A stretch of 64,000 nucleotides of DNA, taken from NCBI GenBank assembly GCA_951406725.2, contig OX597827.1, positions 77,376,001-77,440,000 on the forward strand, read 5' to 3'. The notes beneath the pieces were generated by a model, which saw nothing but the letters and a program-made list of their open reading frames with translations, did no database searches and was not told the DNA's origin. The number at the start of each line of letters is the position of its first letter. Position 1 is the first letter of the stretch. Origin of the DNA: Octopus vulgaris. Its lineage: Eukaryota. The position numbers and the translations under genes were made by a program. Below are positions 52,695 through 64,000 of this stretch, piece after piece.

Positions 52695-53601
52695 TGAGGT
52701 GATTATTGTACAGAATGAACCGGTTTCATTACACAATATTTTAGTAAGGCGCAGGAGTGGGTGTGTGGTAAGTAGCTTGTTTACCAACCACATGGTTCCA
52801 GGTTCAGTCCCACTGCGTGGCATCTTGGGCAAGTGTCTTCTACTATAGCCTCGGGCCGACCAAAGCCTTGTGAGTGGATTTGGTAGACGGGAACTAGTTT
52901 GTCCCCCTAGCATTGCTTGACAACCGATGCTGGTGTGTTTATGTCCCCGTTACTTAGCGGTTCGGCAAAAGAGACCGATAGAATAAGTACTGGGCTTACA
53001 AAAGAATAAGTCCCGGGGTCGATTTGCTCGATTAAAAGGCGGTGCTCCAGCATGGCCGCAGTCAAATGACTGAAACGAGTAAAAGAGTAAAGAGTAAGGA
53101 AAAGCAATAGAAAACCCCAGCTGAGTCACAAGTATTTACTCACAATCACCTTTTATATTTCCTGTCTTACAAGTGTCCAATGTGGCCATCACCTGCAGCA
53201 CGGGCAACATCAATGCGATAAGAGAATTCCTCCCAGCTGCGTGTATCAGCATATCACCATCCACTGAGATGATCGCTGTTGTTATTCGATGTTTAAGGTC
53301 ATTGAGGTTAGTGGGTAGCGGTAGAACATAAACACAATCTTTTCCATATCCCCACAAGGAAAAAATCCCACACGGGGAGGTCTGGGGATCTCGCAGGCCA
53401 AGCAGATATATGTCTGGGAGGAATTCTCTTATCGCATTGATGTTGCCTGTACTGCAGGTGATGGCCACATCGAACGCTTGTAAGACAGGAAATAAAAGTT
53501 GATTGTGAGTAAATACTTGGGATTCAGCTGGAGTTTTCTATTCCGTTTCCTTATTAAAATATTGCATAATGAAATTGGATCATTCTTTTTGAACAACCCT
53601 G
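52695..53601. mobile_element. Fold-back non-autonomous Tc1/mariner derivative made of two transposon right ends, interrupted by SINE A
   Basis: Minus-strand WPARSPDL, DCVYVLPLPTNLNDLKHRITTAI, WEEFSYRIDVARAAGDGHI. Inverted arms 52712-52749 plus 53095-53236 versus 53414-53601. Confidence 0.75.
52748..53097 (+). mobile_element. SINE A copy lacking the internal microsatellite, inserted in the fold-back element
   Basis: agtaagg on both sides (52743-52749, 53093-53099). A reverse copy lies nearby at 53630-53922. Confidence 0.85.
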
Positions 53602-54544
53602 TGTGTATGTATGTGCGTATATATATATATACTCTTTTACTTGTTTCAATCATTTGACTGTGGCCATGCTGGAGCATCGCCTTTAGTCGAGCAAATCGAC
53701 TCTAGGACTTATTCTTTGTAAGCCTAGTACTTATTCTATCGTCTCTTTTGCCGAACCGGTAAGTTACGGGGATGTAAACACACCAGCATCGGTTGTCAAG
53801 CGATGTTGGGGGGACAAACACGGACACACAAACATATACAAACACATATATATACATATGTACAACGGGCTTCTTTCAGTTTCCATCTACGAAATCCACT
53901 CACAAGGCTTTGGTCGGCCCGAGTATATATATATATATATATTGGGCATCCAGCCTTGGAAACCATGCCAAAACAGACATGGAGTCTGGGAAGCTCTTCA
54001 GTTGGCCATCCATCTCTTGGTCAAACTGTTCAACCCATGCCAGCATGGAATACGGACGTTAAATGATGATGGTGATGATGATATACAGGCACTTATATAT
54101 ATCTGTATAGAGAGAGAGAGAGATTGATATTATCATCATCATCACTTTAGCATCCACTTTCCTTCCATGCTTGCATAGGGAGTATAGAGTTTGTTGAGAC
54201 AGATTTTTCTGTGGCCAGATGCCCTTCCTGTTGCCAGCCCTCACCTGTTTCCCACAGACTATTGGAAATGAATGACACAGCTTTGTATGTCAGTGACAAT
54301 CATTTTACAACTATTATAGGATGTCAAGACAAGGAGATACACACACACAACAGGCTTCTTTCAGTTTTCACCAACCAGATCCACTCACAAGGATTTGGTC
54401 TACCTGGGGATATAGCAGAAGACATTTGTTGTAGGCGCCATGCAGTGGGATGGAACCCAGAACCATGTGATTGGGAAACCAACTTCTTATCACACAGCCA
54501 CACCTGCACCTACATGTGTATGTGTGTGGTTGGTGAAATAAATA

Positions 54545-55800
54545 GCTGAGACGCTTCGCCCCTTGCAAAAACTGCAGGAGATACTCAGAGGTTTTGCAAT
54601 CTCTTCTAAACCCATTGCAATGCTGGAAACCCTTCTATGTCATCATCAGCTACCTCAGGGTCACATGGGTCTTACCCCTTTGTATGCTTCACCTGAGTGG
54701 GGCAGCGAAGACAAGGGCTAGTCATCACCTACGGAATGGTTCCAATTGCAGTCCTTATCAACCATAGCCATCTTGTACTAGTTTCAGCTGTGGTCCCTAA
54801 TTCCTTGATGGCTTTCTTCAGTTGTCTGGTTCTCGGACCTAATTTCTGTAGGAAATAGCACACTGATCCAAATGAAAGCCATGAGAGCTGACTTTCATGG
54901 AGAATGAGGCCACATGCCAGCCCCTTAGCAAAGTTGTCATCAACTTAGTCCTGATATTTCAATTACCTTACCGGGTGAGAAATTTCAGGTCTGTTTTCCC
55001 AGGTGTCTGAGTTCAACAACCACAATGATTGTTTTTGTATTTGTGGAGAGCAGGAACATGTCTGGTTCAAGTGATGTTACTACTATCTTCTCTGAGAAGA
55101 CAAGTCTGCCCCTCAGATCCACTTTGTATCTCCTAATCTGAGGTTAAATGCAAAATAGAAAACGGGCCCCTTTCATTGCTTTTGTCTTGAAAGCTTTGTC
55201 ACTTTCCTTTAGGAATTTGATACCCTTTGCAGATCAGTTCACTTGGCAATTTCTGGAAGGACCGGCATTCTTTCGGTATGAGTACCGTTTACATCATGTC
55301 TATTTGTTTATATTTGAAGAAGAAGCTCGTCACTTTCTGTAAAAAATTTTTTTATATATATGTAGGGTTAGGGGTGGGGGGAAGGGTTCTTTTTTCTTCA
55401 GAAATGTAAACAAACCCACGTGGGTTTATAATTGGTAGTTATGTTACTTGTACCGAAGAATTGCCCAAGAACCTTGTCATGCCGCCACGTGTTTTGGCCT
55501 TCTCCCAGTTCCCTAGGGCATCTTGGTCAAAATGTGGCTCAGGATGCAAAAAGTTGCTCCACACTGCTTGTAGGATGGGTCTGCTTCTTTATCCCACATT
55601 TTAAGTTTGTTTGGTGTTGGTAAGAGGTCAGGTATTTTCCTATCAACAATATCCTACCAACACATGATACCTTCATGGTTGTTTTACCTCACCGGGAACC
55701 TTATGGTATTGTACCTAGCCATTTCTGGCATCCTACATGTTGATGTGCCTAGATTCTATTGAGTTCTATAACTGATCTATGTCATTGCTATTATGCAAAA
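54545..55800 (-). mobile_element. Second HERO-type retrotransposon 3' remnant (zinc knuckle plus RLE)
   Basis: DLLPTPNKLKMW, QCGATFCILSHILT, CPRELGEGQNTWRHDKVL, KVDLRGRLVFSEKIVVTSLEPDMFLLS, KYQD, LKKAIKELGTTAETSTRWLWL. Confidence 0.8.
55264..55465. mobile_element. MITE with GGCAA-type TIRs (Merlin-like) inserted in the HERO remnant
   Basis: Same element as 43532-43740. Imperfect 8-bp TSD gaaggacc / caagaacc. The HERO reading frame resumes across it. Confidence 0.7.
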
Positions 55801-56019
55801 GTGTCGTAAGTCCAAAATGTTGCTTTTCTCAGAAAATGAAAAAATAGTTGTACTACACTTTGACAATTTTCATATCTTGGCATCTGAAGCAGTTGGAGAT
55901 ACGATAGTTTGACCAAAAGAACCAGTTATTGCAAGGAAAAATAAATATTGAGAAAAACACATTTGGCCAAATTTGGACATACAACAGTTTAACATAATAG
56001 CAACAAATATATATATATA

Positions 56020-56186
56020 GGCGCAGGAGTGGCTGTGTGGTAAGTAGCTTGCTAACCAACCACATGGTTCCGGGTTCAGTCCCACTGCGTGGCATCTTGG
56101 GCAAGTGTCTTTTACTATAGCCTCAGGCTGACCAATGCCTTGTGAGTGGATTTGGTAGGCGGAAACTGAAAGAAGCCTGTCGTATA

Positions 56187-56237
<51 letters not shown>

Positions 56238-56423
56238 GTGTGTGTTTGTGTAGCTGTGTTTGTCCCACTAGCATTGCTTGACAACCGATGCTGGTGTGTT
56301 TACGTCCCCGTCACTTAGTGGTTCGGCAAAAGAGAACGATAGAATAAGTACTGGGCTTACAACGAATAAGTCCCGGGGTCGATTTGCATGGCCGTAGTCA
56401 AATGACTGAAACAAGTAAAAGAG
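56020..56423 (+). mobile_element. SINE A copy
   Basis: Near full-length match. Confidence 0.85.
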
Positions 56424-56746
56424 TATATACTTATCCTCTTCATCATCAATCACCATCAGTCATTTATCTTTATTATCATCATCTCCGTCAGTCATCTATT
56501 TTTTTCCATGGGGGTAAGGAGTTGGACTGGCCTTACAATGTCTCACCAATCTTTACTGTTTCGTATGATTTGTGGTTTGGAATGGGGTTTTTTTTTTTCA
56601 AAATTTAAAGTCAGTTGCCCTTTTTATCACCTACTAATTTGTAGCATAGTCTGGGATAATTTTATATTGTGGCCATCACTAAAGAGGGTTGTCTGCTGTG
56701 GGATTACTATGTAGTAGTTTATGACAAGGTATGTTGAATCCTATGC

Positions 56747-56784
<38 letters not shown>

Positions 56785-56840
56785 ACCATTGGCGATTTTT
56801 TTCCTCTGTCTTCCCTTCTCGGGATCTTTCCTTCTCCTAT

Positions 56841-56875
56841 GTTTCTGACGAAGAGCTCCGCTCAAAACGTTAAAC
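56841..56875 (+). ncRNA. Very small hammerhead-like motif, GAAA decayed to AAAA
   Basis: gttt-CTGACGA-a-gagc(tcc)gctc-AAAA-cg-TT-aaac, inside a ~180-bp repeat at 56790-56965. Confidence 0.5.
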
Positions 56876-56977
56876 CCTCCTTCTTTCCTGAGCGTCCAAT
56901 AATACTATATTTGTTCCATGTCCTTGCGTTGTTGTGTTTTTTTGTGTTTTCTTGTTTAGATTAATTATATATATATA

Positions 56978-57051
<74 letters not shown>

Positions 57052-57056
<5 letters not shown>

Positions 57057-57341
57057 AATTAAAGAAGAACCACCTTTTATCAATTCAACAATGATATAAT
57101 TGAATTATAACATATAGAAAAGAAATAGATATACAATAAAAACATATACCAATAATTAAGCAAAGTATAAAATAATAAATAAATAGTAAATTATATACTT
57201 TTTATTTATTATTTTGTACTTTACTTAATTATTGGTATATGTTTTATCGTATATTTAATATTTTTCTATGTGGTATAATTTAATTATATCATTGTTATTT
57301 CATTGTTGAATTGATAAATGGTGGTTCTTCTCTAATTTATA
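57052..57341. repeat. ~290-bp AT-rich imperfect palindrome (fold-back element)
   Basis: aagaaccaccttttatcaattcaacaatga...ataaata is mirrored by tatttat...tcattgttgaattgataaatggtggttctt. Flanked by (TA)n. Confidence 0.8.
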
Positions 57342-57640
57342 TATATATATATATATATTATATATTGTGAAATTTGATTTAGTATTACTAAATTGAATTT
57401 TTCTGTGTAAGTTTGGAATAATATTCCCCAATAATACCACGAGTAACCTTTCAAAGTGCCTCCCCCTATTGGAAATTTCAATTGTTATATTTTCGTTGTT
57501 ATCTCTGGAATTTTTACATGTTTTTTTGCAAACAGACAAAACCCTTTGTAACTTTCGTCCTGTGTTTTGTCCCTTTATGTTTTAATTAATTTTTGTCAGC
57601 CCTTGTGGCCAATAAACAAATTATTTATTACTATTATTAT

Positions 57641-57680
<40 letters not shown>

Positions 57681-57755
57681 ACCTCGTGAGTACCAAGTAC
57701 TACTGGCGATTTTTTTCCCTCTGTCTTCCCTTCTCTGGATCTTTGCTTCTCCTAT

Positions 57756-57790
57756 GTTTCCGACGAAGAACTCCGCTCGAAACGTTAATC
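57756..57790 (+). ncRNA. Very small hammerhead-like motif, core CCGACGA
   Basis: gttt-CCGACGA-agaactccgctc-GAAA-cg-TT-aatc, in a second copy (57705-57890) of the 56790-56965 repeat. Confidence 0.45.
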
Positions 57791-57884
57791 CCTCCTTCTT
57801 CCCTTCTTTCCTGAGCGTCCAGTAATACTATATTTGTTCCACGTCCTCGTGTTGTTGTGTTTTTTTGTGCTTTCTTGTTTGGAT

Positions 57885-57923
<39 letters not shown>

Positions 57924-58383
57924 TTTTGTAAATATGTAGCTTACTGACTCCTACACATGTACACGCATACACATACACAAAACTGAGGTACACAAATGTG
58001 CATGCACACACACAAACACACACACACACACTCAACTCACATACTCTCATTCCTTCATTCCATCCATGCTTCACTTGTGCAGTAGGTATTCTGCCTCACA
58101 TCTGCACACACACACACACATGTATTAATATAAATTTATACATAAAGGTGGAAAAAACTAGGCTTTTTTATATGTATATATGTATATATAATTTTTTTAT
58201 ATGTATATATAATTAATTACACACACACACACACAACTTACCCCTTACACACACACACACAACTTACCCCTTACACACACACACACAAGTGTGTGTGTGT
58301 GTAAGGGGTAAGTTGGCTGGGTTTAACCGTTCCCCTGTTAAAATACAGACAGAAAACTATTGTTGATATGAGATTTTATCAAC

Positions 58384-58402
58384 TTGTTTTGTTTATTTTC
58401 AG
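58384..58402 (+). promoter_or_regulatory. 3' splice acceptor for the ZNF coding exon; 5' UTR part of the exon is 58403-58628
   Basis: Polypyrimidine tract ending in TTTTCAG, followed by a switch to unique non-repetitive sequence running into the ATG. Confidence 0.75.
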
Positions 58403-58628
58403 ATCGTCTGCTGACATGTTTTGATGTGGATATCAAGTAATTTCTTCGCTGTTTCAACGTCGTCGGCTGCCCTCGATTCTCTCTCCTCTTCCTACTACTC
58501 CATATCCAGCTGTGTCGGTCCTATCTACCTGTCCAGTCCTCCACGAGTCGGTACATGGGTATTAAGAGCTGGACAGGTAGATAGGACACTTTGGTGTCAC
58601 TGACCAAATATTGACTGTACAACTGTAA

Positions 58629-60077
58629 ATGGCCACACAGCAGACCATGGACAAATTCTCTCCTGATTCGGTGCTTTCCAGCAACATGCTCGGAAAGTTC
58701 CAGCTAACGATGGCAAACAACATACAGCAGCAGCAGCAACAGCAGCAGCAGCCACCTCAACAGCAGCAACAGCAACAACAACAGCAGCAGCAGCAGCAAC
58801 CTCCAAGAATGGCAGAGGTGGATGAGAAGCCATTCCAGAACCAGTCCTACATGAACCAGTTTACCCAGGGTTACTACTTACAGACCCATGGCATTTTGCA
58901 CCCCAACGAAAAACTTTTCAGTCCCGATATTTACGGGAAGCAGTTTGTTCAGAATTCTTATTTACACACACAACCAGAACGCATGCACACCATCGAGAAG
59001 GCTGCACCAGAAAATAATCTTTGTCTCAAACAACCTCAGCCAGTTTTGAACAAGATTCCACCCCCGGCACCAAAGACGTTACCCCCACTAGCCCCTCCTT
59101 CCCTTCCCCATACTACCATGTCATCAACGAGGACGACGGAGAAAGCGTTCCATTGTGAGCTTTGCCCCAAGCAGTTTGCACGACGCAACACATTGCAGTT
59201 GCACCAGAGGATACACACGGGGGAGAAACTGTTCCAATGTAATTTCTGTGCCAAACATTTTGTCCACAAGGACAAACTTCAGATCCACGAACGAATTCAC
59301 ACTGGGGAGAAGCCGTTCCAGTGTGAATTTTGCCCCAAACGATTTTCACGCAACGATAAGCTGAAGATCCATCGAAGCACCCACACGGGTGAGAGGCCTT
59401 TTCATTGTAACTACTGTCCGAAGCAATTTGTCCAGAAGGACAAATTACTTATCCACGAGCGGACACATACAGGTGAAAAGCCCTTTCACTGTGACCTTTG
59501 CCCCAAACAGTTTGCTCGGAGTGACCGACTACAGATCCATCGAAGAACCCACACTGGAGAAAAGCCATTCCACTGCGACCTTTGTCCGAAACAGTTTGTT
59601 CAAAGATGTTACTTGAAAATCCATCGAAGAATCCATACGGGCGAGAAACCATTTCCTTGCGAATATTGCCCGAAGGAGTTTGCCAGAAAGGACAAGCTAC
59701 AGATCCACACGAGGAGCCATACTGGCGAGAAGCCTTTTCAATGCGACATTTGCAGGGAGCAATTCATGAAGAAAGCTCAACTGGTGTCGCACCAGAAATC
59801 ATCGCATACCGTTTTGGAGAAGCCGTTTCAGTGTGATTTATGCATGCAGCAGTTTGCAGAACGTGACGAACTGCAGCTGCACCGGAGCACTCACCTCGTA
59901 ACGCCACAGTTACCTAATGACCTTGACATTAAGCCGTTTGCTCTGATACACGAGCTGGAGAACCAGAAACGACTGCAAGGGTCGGTGCGGAATAACTTTT
60001 TGAAACCAACATCCTGTAAAAACATCAAGGAGTACACTCCAATGAGCACACTTCTTTGGCAATCAATTCATCCATGA
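58629..60077 (+). CDS. C2H2 zinc-finger protein (482 aa): N-terminal Q9-PP-Q14 tract, Pro-rich linker and 9 tandem C2H2 fingers, encoded in one exon
   Basis: Uninterrupted ORF with nine C-x2-C-x12-H-x3/4-H units joined by TGEKPF-type linkers. A splice acceptor (ttgttttgtttattttcAG, 58384-58402) lies 226 nt upstream of the ATG. Single-exon finger arrays fit the known coleoid C2H2-ZNF expansion. Confidence 0.95.
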   Translation: MATQQTMDKFSPDSVLSSNMLGKFQLTMANNIQQQQQQQQQPPQQQQQQQQQQQQQQPPRMAEVDEKPFQNQSYMNQFTQGYYLQTHGILHPNEKLFSPDIYGKQFVQNSYLHTQPERMHTIEKAAPENNLCLKQPQPVLNKIPPPAPKTLPPLAPPSLPHTTMSSTRTTEKAFHCELCPKQFARRNTLQLHQRIHTGEKLFQCNFCAKHFVHKDKLQIHERIHTGEKPFQCEFCPKRFSRNDKLKIHRSTHTGERPFHCNYCPKQFVQKDKLLIHERTHTGEKPFHCDLCPKQFARSDRLQIHRRTHTGEKPFHCDLCPKQFVQRCYLKIHRRIHTGEKPFPCEYCPKEFARKDKLQIHTRSHTGEKPFQCDICREQFMKKAQLVSHQKSSHTVLEKPFQCDLCMQQFAERDELQLHRSTHLVTPQLPNDLDIKPFALIHELENQKRLQGSVRNNFLKPTSCKNIKEYTPMSTLLWQSIHP

Positions 60078-61504
60078 AAAAAACAACACCCCCACCCAAA
60101 ACAAACCCCCCCCACAGTATTTGCAAAAACTCTGCTGACATTAGGGTCCACCCACATTCGCTAGCCCTCTATTTAGGGTATCACTGGTGATCCCTGACTA
60201 CTTTCATCTTTGTGACTAAAGTTGTCTTTTATGAATATTTTTTTAACCTGTTACATCACTTGACATTAGTCAGTAAAAGTTGTTAGCCTGGAATCGAAGG
60301 GTTCCTGGTTCGATACCTAGTCGCTACCATTTATGCATATGTTTGTGTGGGGTGTGTATATTTGTATGTTGTATATTGTGTGTGAAAATATGCATGTGTG
60401 TGTGTGTGTTTCTAAGTGGCCTTTAGGCCATCTGTGGGTCTCATCAAAAATTCTTTGTGTCACCTGGATTGTTAACGATGTCCAGGTGTTCACCACCTTC
60501 CAGATTGTTCACTTGGGTAGTGGACAAGATGGACAAGGTACGTGCTAGAAATGACTTTATAGTTTTCCATATCTGGTAAATGGACACAGTCAGCATCTGT
60601 GGCTGATCACATCTGTTCATCCATAATATTTCAACCACACACACACACAAACACACATGCACACACACATATATACACAGAAACACTCAAATCTGTGTAC
60701 ATGTATATATATGTATGTTATATTATATATATGTATCATCATCATTTTAGCTACCACTTTTCCATGCTAGCATGGGTTGGATAGGGTTTGTTGCAGTGAA
60801 TTTCCTACATAAGGAGTGCTTTTCCTGTTGCCAACCCTCCTGTTTCCAAGTAAGATAATATTTCCCCATGACCAGATATGCTTTTGCAGAATATTGGAAA
60901 AAGAGGTGACACTCGTTTACAACTATCACCTGATGCTAAGGCATAGAGACAGTAACACACACACACATGCATAGGCTTCATTCAGTTTCCTTCTACCAAA
61001 TTCACTCACAATGTTTTGGTTGGCCTGGGACTATAGTAGAAGACACTTTCTCTTGCTGCCGTGCTGTAGGACTGAACCTGAAAACACATGGTTGGAGAAC
61101 TAACTTCTTACCACACAACCATGTCTGCGCCTATGTATATATATGTGTGTGTGTGTGTGTTTATATATGGTCTTAAGTTCACTTGTACCTGCAGACACAT
61201 GGGTTGAATAATAGACATAAGCATTGACCCTCTGACAATGACACTCGTGTGTGCATGTGCGCATGCATAATTGTATGAGTTTATCTGTGTGTGTGTGTGT
61301 GTGTGTGTCTATGAACACCTGTCTTTATACAGGTATGCATAAACAAACTCAGGCATAGACAAACAACTGTATACTAATTGTAGGTATGTTTGTGTGTGTG
61401 TGTGTGTGTGTTATAGAGAATACCTAACAATCATACATGCACACACATACACACCCACTTAAACATATACACCTGTTTGTGTGTGTGTTGTACTTCATTA
61501 ATAT

Positions 61505-61783
61505 AGGCGCAGGAGTGGCTGTGTGGTAAGTAGCTTGCTAACCAACCACATGGTTCCGGGTTCAGTCCCACAGCATGGCATCTTGGGAAAGTGTCTTCTG
61601 CTATAGCCCCGGGCCGACCAATACCTTGTGAGTGGATTTGGTAGACGGAAACTGAAAGAAGCCTGTCGTATATATATGTATGTTTGTGTGTCTGTGTTTG
61701 CGTCCCCGTCACTTAGCGGTTCGGCATTAGAGACCGATAGAATAAGTTCCGGGGTCGATTTGCAGAGTAAAAGAGTAAAGAGT
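61505..61783 (+). mobile_element. SINE A copy with internal deletions
   Basis: Match to family A. An older partial reverse copy lies at 60965-61131. Confidence 0.8.
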
Positions 61784-62255
61784 ATAGAATATATACATAT
61801 ATAGAACATGGATGTTAAATAATGATGATGACATATATATATATATGTATGTATATACCCATACATGCACATACGTACCCCCATATGCATGCATATGCAC
61901 ACACATGCACATAAGAAACATCACATACACAATCAAACATATGGAACTGTGCAGTTTTGTCTGCAGTCTTCATTCCTTCGACAAGAAAAGTTGTGATTTG
62001 CTGAGAGTTTGGAGGGAAAGGGGCCTCGAGGAAGAAGAGGAGGAGAGAAAGGGGGAGTGCTTGTGTGTGTGTGTGTGTTCTACTGTATTCTAATACACAT
62101 TCTAGCATGTTCAAGTGTCTTTCTTACAGTTGTGTAGTATTTCTAGAATCTTTTTTATATATATATACACACACATATATATGTGTATATGCATATATAT
62201 ATATGTATGTATAAATATATATATTTATATATATATATATATATGGATGTATATA

Positions 62256-62318
<63 letters not shown>

Positions 62319-62377
62319 ATGCATATATATTTATATATGGATATATGTGTGTATATATGTATGTATATATATATATG

Positions 62378-62421
<44 letters not shown>

Positions 62422-62441
62422 TATATCGATATATATATATA

Positions 62442-63359
62442 TGAGGTGGCATCAAAAGGTTCCTGGACTTGTTATGTTTCATAAGAAATAACTTATTTAC
62501 TTAAGTTTTCCCATTATCTCCTTCGAAATAGTCCACCTTGTCCAACAACACACTGGTCCCATCATTCCTGCCACTTTTGGAACCTAGCTTGGAAGTCTTT
62601 TTCTGAAAGGGAGTCGAGGACCTTCTGCAATTCTCTCTTGATCTGTGACAACAGTGACCCCTTCGAGCTGCCTTTTCATCTAGTGGAAGAAATGGGAGTC
62701 TGCAGGTCCTAAATCCGGGGAAGAGGGTGGGTGCAGAAGTGGTACCATGTTGTTCTTGGTGAGAAACTCCCAAGTGGCGAGGGCTCAGTGACGGTGCATT
62801 GTGGTCATGTAGGATCTGATTGTTTGCGCTCCACAGGTCCGGTCGGTTTCACTGAATGTCCCCTCAAATGCTTCAAAATGTTGCAGTAGAACTCTCGATT
62901 GATGGTATGGCCCTGTAGGACGAATCCTCAATGCGCACGATACCACATCTCCAGGGGTGACACTCACGGCAGCTCTTCCAGATCGTTCATAGTCTTCCAC
63001 CAGGGACATTCTTCTTTTTTTTTTTTTTCAAGCATCCGTGTCACTCGAAACATTGTATACGACCCATGTGCCTCGTTGCTGTAAGCTTGCCGAAGCATTT
63101 TCGATGCCGCTGTAGTAGACTCTGCAGGTTTAAGGTAAAACTTGATGTTGGATCTTTGCTCCATCTTCCTGTCCACGGCAAAATCGCAGATTTACAGCAG
63201 ACACACGGGATCACGAAACCTCGAATTTCACAACTTGTGAAGTAAACACAATAAAGTCACCCAGACACTGGCACATGAAGGTCACTGCGCACGCAACCAT
63301 GTGCTGCCATCTGTTAATGTACTACAGAACTAGTCCAGGAACTTTTTGATACCACCTCA
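62442..63359 (-). mobile_element. Internally deleted mariner transposon (~918 bp)
   Basis: 28-bp TIRs tgaggtgg(c/t)atcaaaa(g/a)gttcctggact in (TA)n. Decayed transposase MEQRSNIKFYLK, KMLRQAY, SLVEDYERSGR, DYFEGDN. Confidence 0.9.
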
Positions 63360-63369
63360 TCATATGCAT

Positions 63370-63416
<47 letters not shown>

Positions 63417-64000
63417 CATACATACATACAGATACATACACAGTCATATATGTGAATATATATATTTGTATATATATATGTGTGTGTGTGTGCATATATA
63501 TGTGTATATATATATATGTGTATATATATATATGTGTATATATATATATGTGTGTGTATATATATATGTGTATGTATGCACATACATATGTATATATGTA
63601 TGTATCACGTTTTAAATAATGCCAAAGAATTTTTTTTTTTTTTAATTCTCTTGTTGATGTTGTATTTTTTAATCTTTTGACTTGCAGCAAAACATATATA
63701 CACCCTGTAGGGTGTAGAAATTTTTTTGTAATGTTTTTTTTTTAAAAAAAAAATGAAAATCATATACACCAATTTAACTGTTTTATATATTTTATATATA
63801 TATATATATAAATTCCATTTTTCCTTTTTGTTTTTTAATCGTATTTATTTTTTTTTATTAGTTTGTTTTACTTTTTACCTTCCTAACATGTCGGTCAGCT
63901 AAGAATTCACCGTATAATATATATTACATTTGCAAATATTTATATATATATATATATATTTATTTATTCAAACATGAAGCTCTGCACTGCGTTACGACAT

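Noticed and set aside
58597-59836. Antisense and alternate-frame ORFs overlapping the ZNF
   Set aside because: These are shadows of the repetitive finger and CAG codons.

Overview
Eukaryotic, AT-rich, repeat-dense genomic DNA. The SINE families, the TA/TG/CA microsatellite load and the single-exon C2H2 zinc-finger gene point to an octopus (coleoid cephalopod) genome; this is an inference. Only one intact protein-coding sequence is supportable: a 482-aa polyQ plus 9-finger C2H2 ZNF at 58629-60077 (+), with a splice acceptor at 58401-58402 and a possible distant non-coding first exon ending at 34492. The rest is nested mobile DNA: four tRNA-type SINE families (called A-D here), RTE LINE remnants and many copies of their 3' tail, two HERO-type (RLE) LINE remnants, decayed Tc1, maT and mariner transposons, and hAT, piggyBac and Merlin-type MITEs with readable TIRs and TSDs. 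There is also a ~1.06-kb near-perfect tandem duplication. The most interesting signal not explained by the ORF track is a set of about 12 minimal type-I hammerhead ribozyme motifs (CUGANGA / stem II / GAAA / short stem III / UH) from several sequence families. They lie in short inverted- or direct-repeat elements resembling Penelope-like pseudo-LTRs, and several retain an intact catalytic core. Almost all other ORFs in the track are microsatellite or repeat translations. All coordinates were read by eye and may be off by a few bases.
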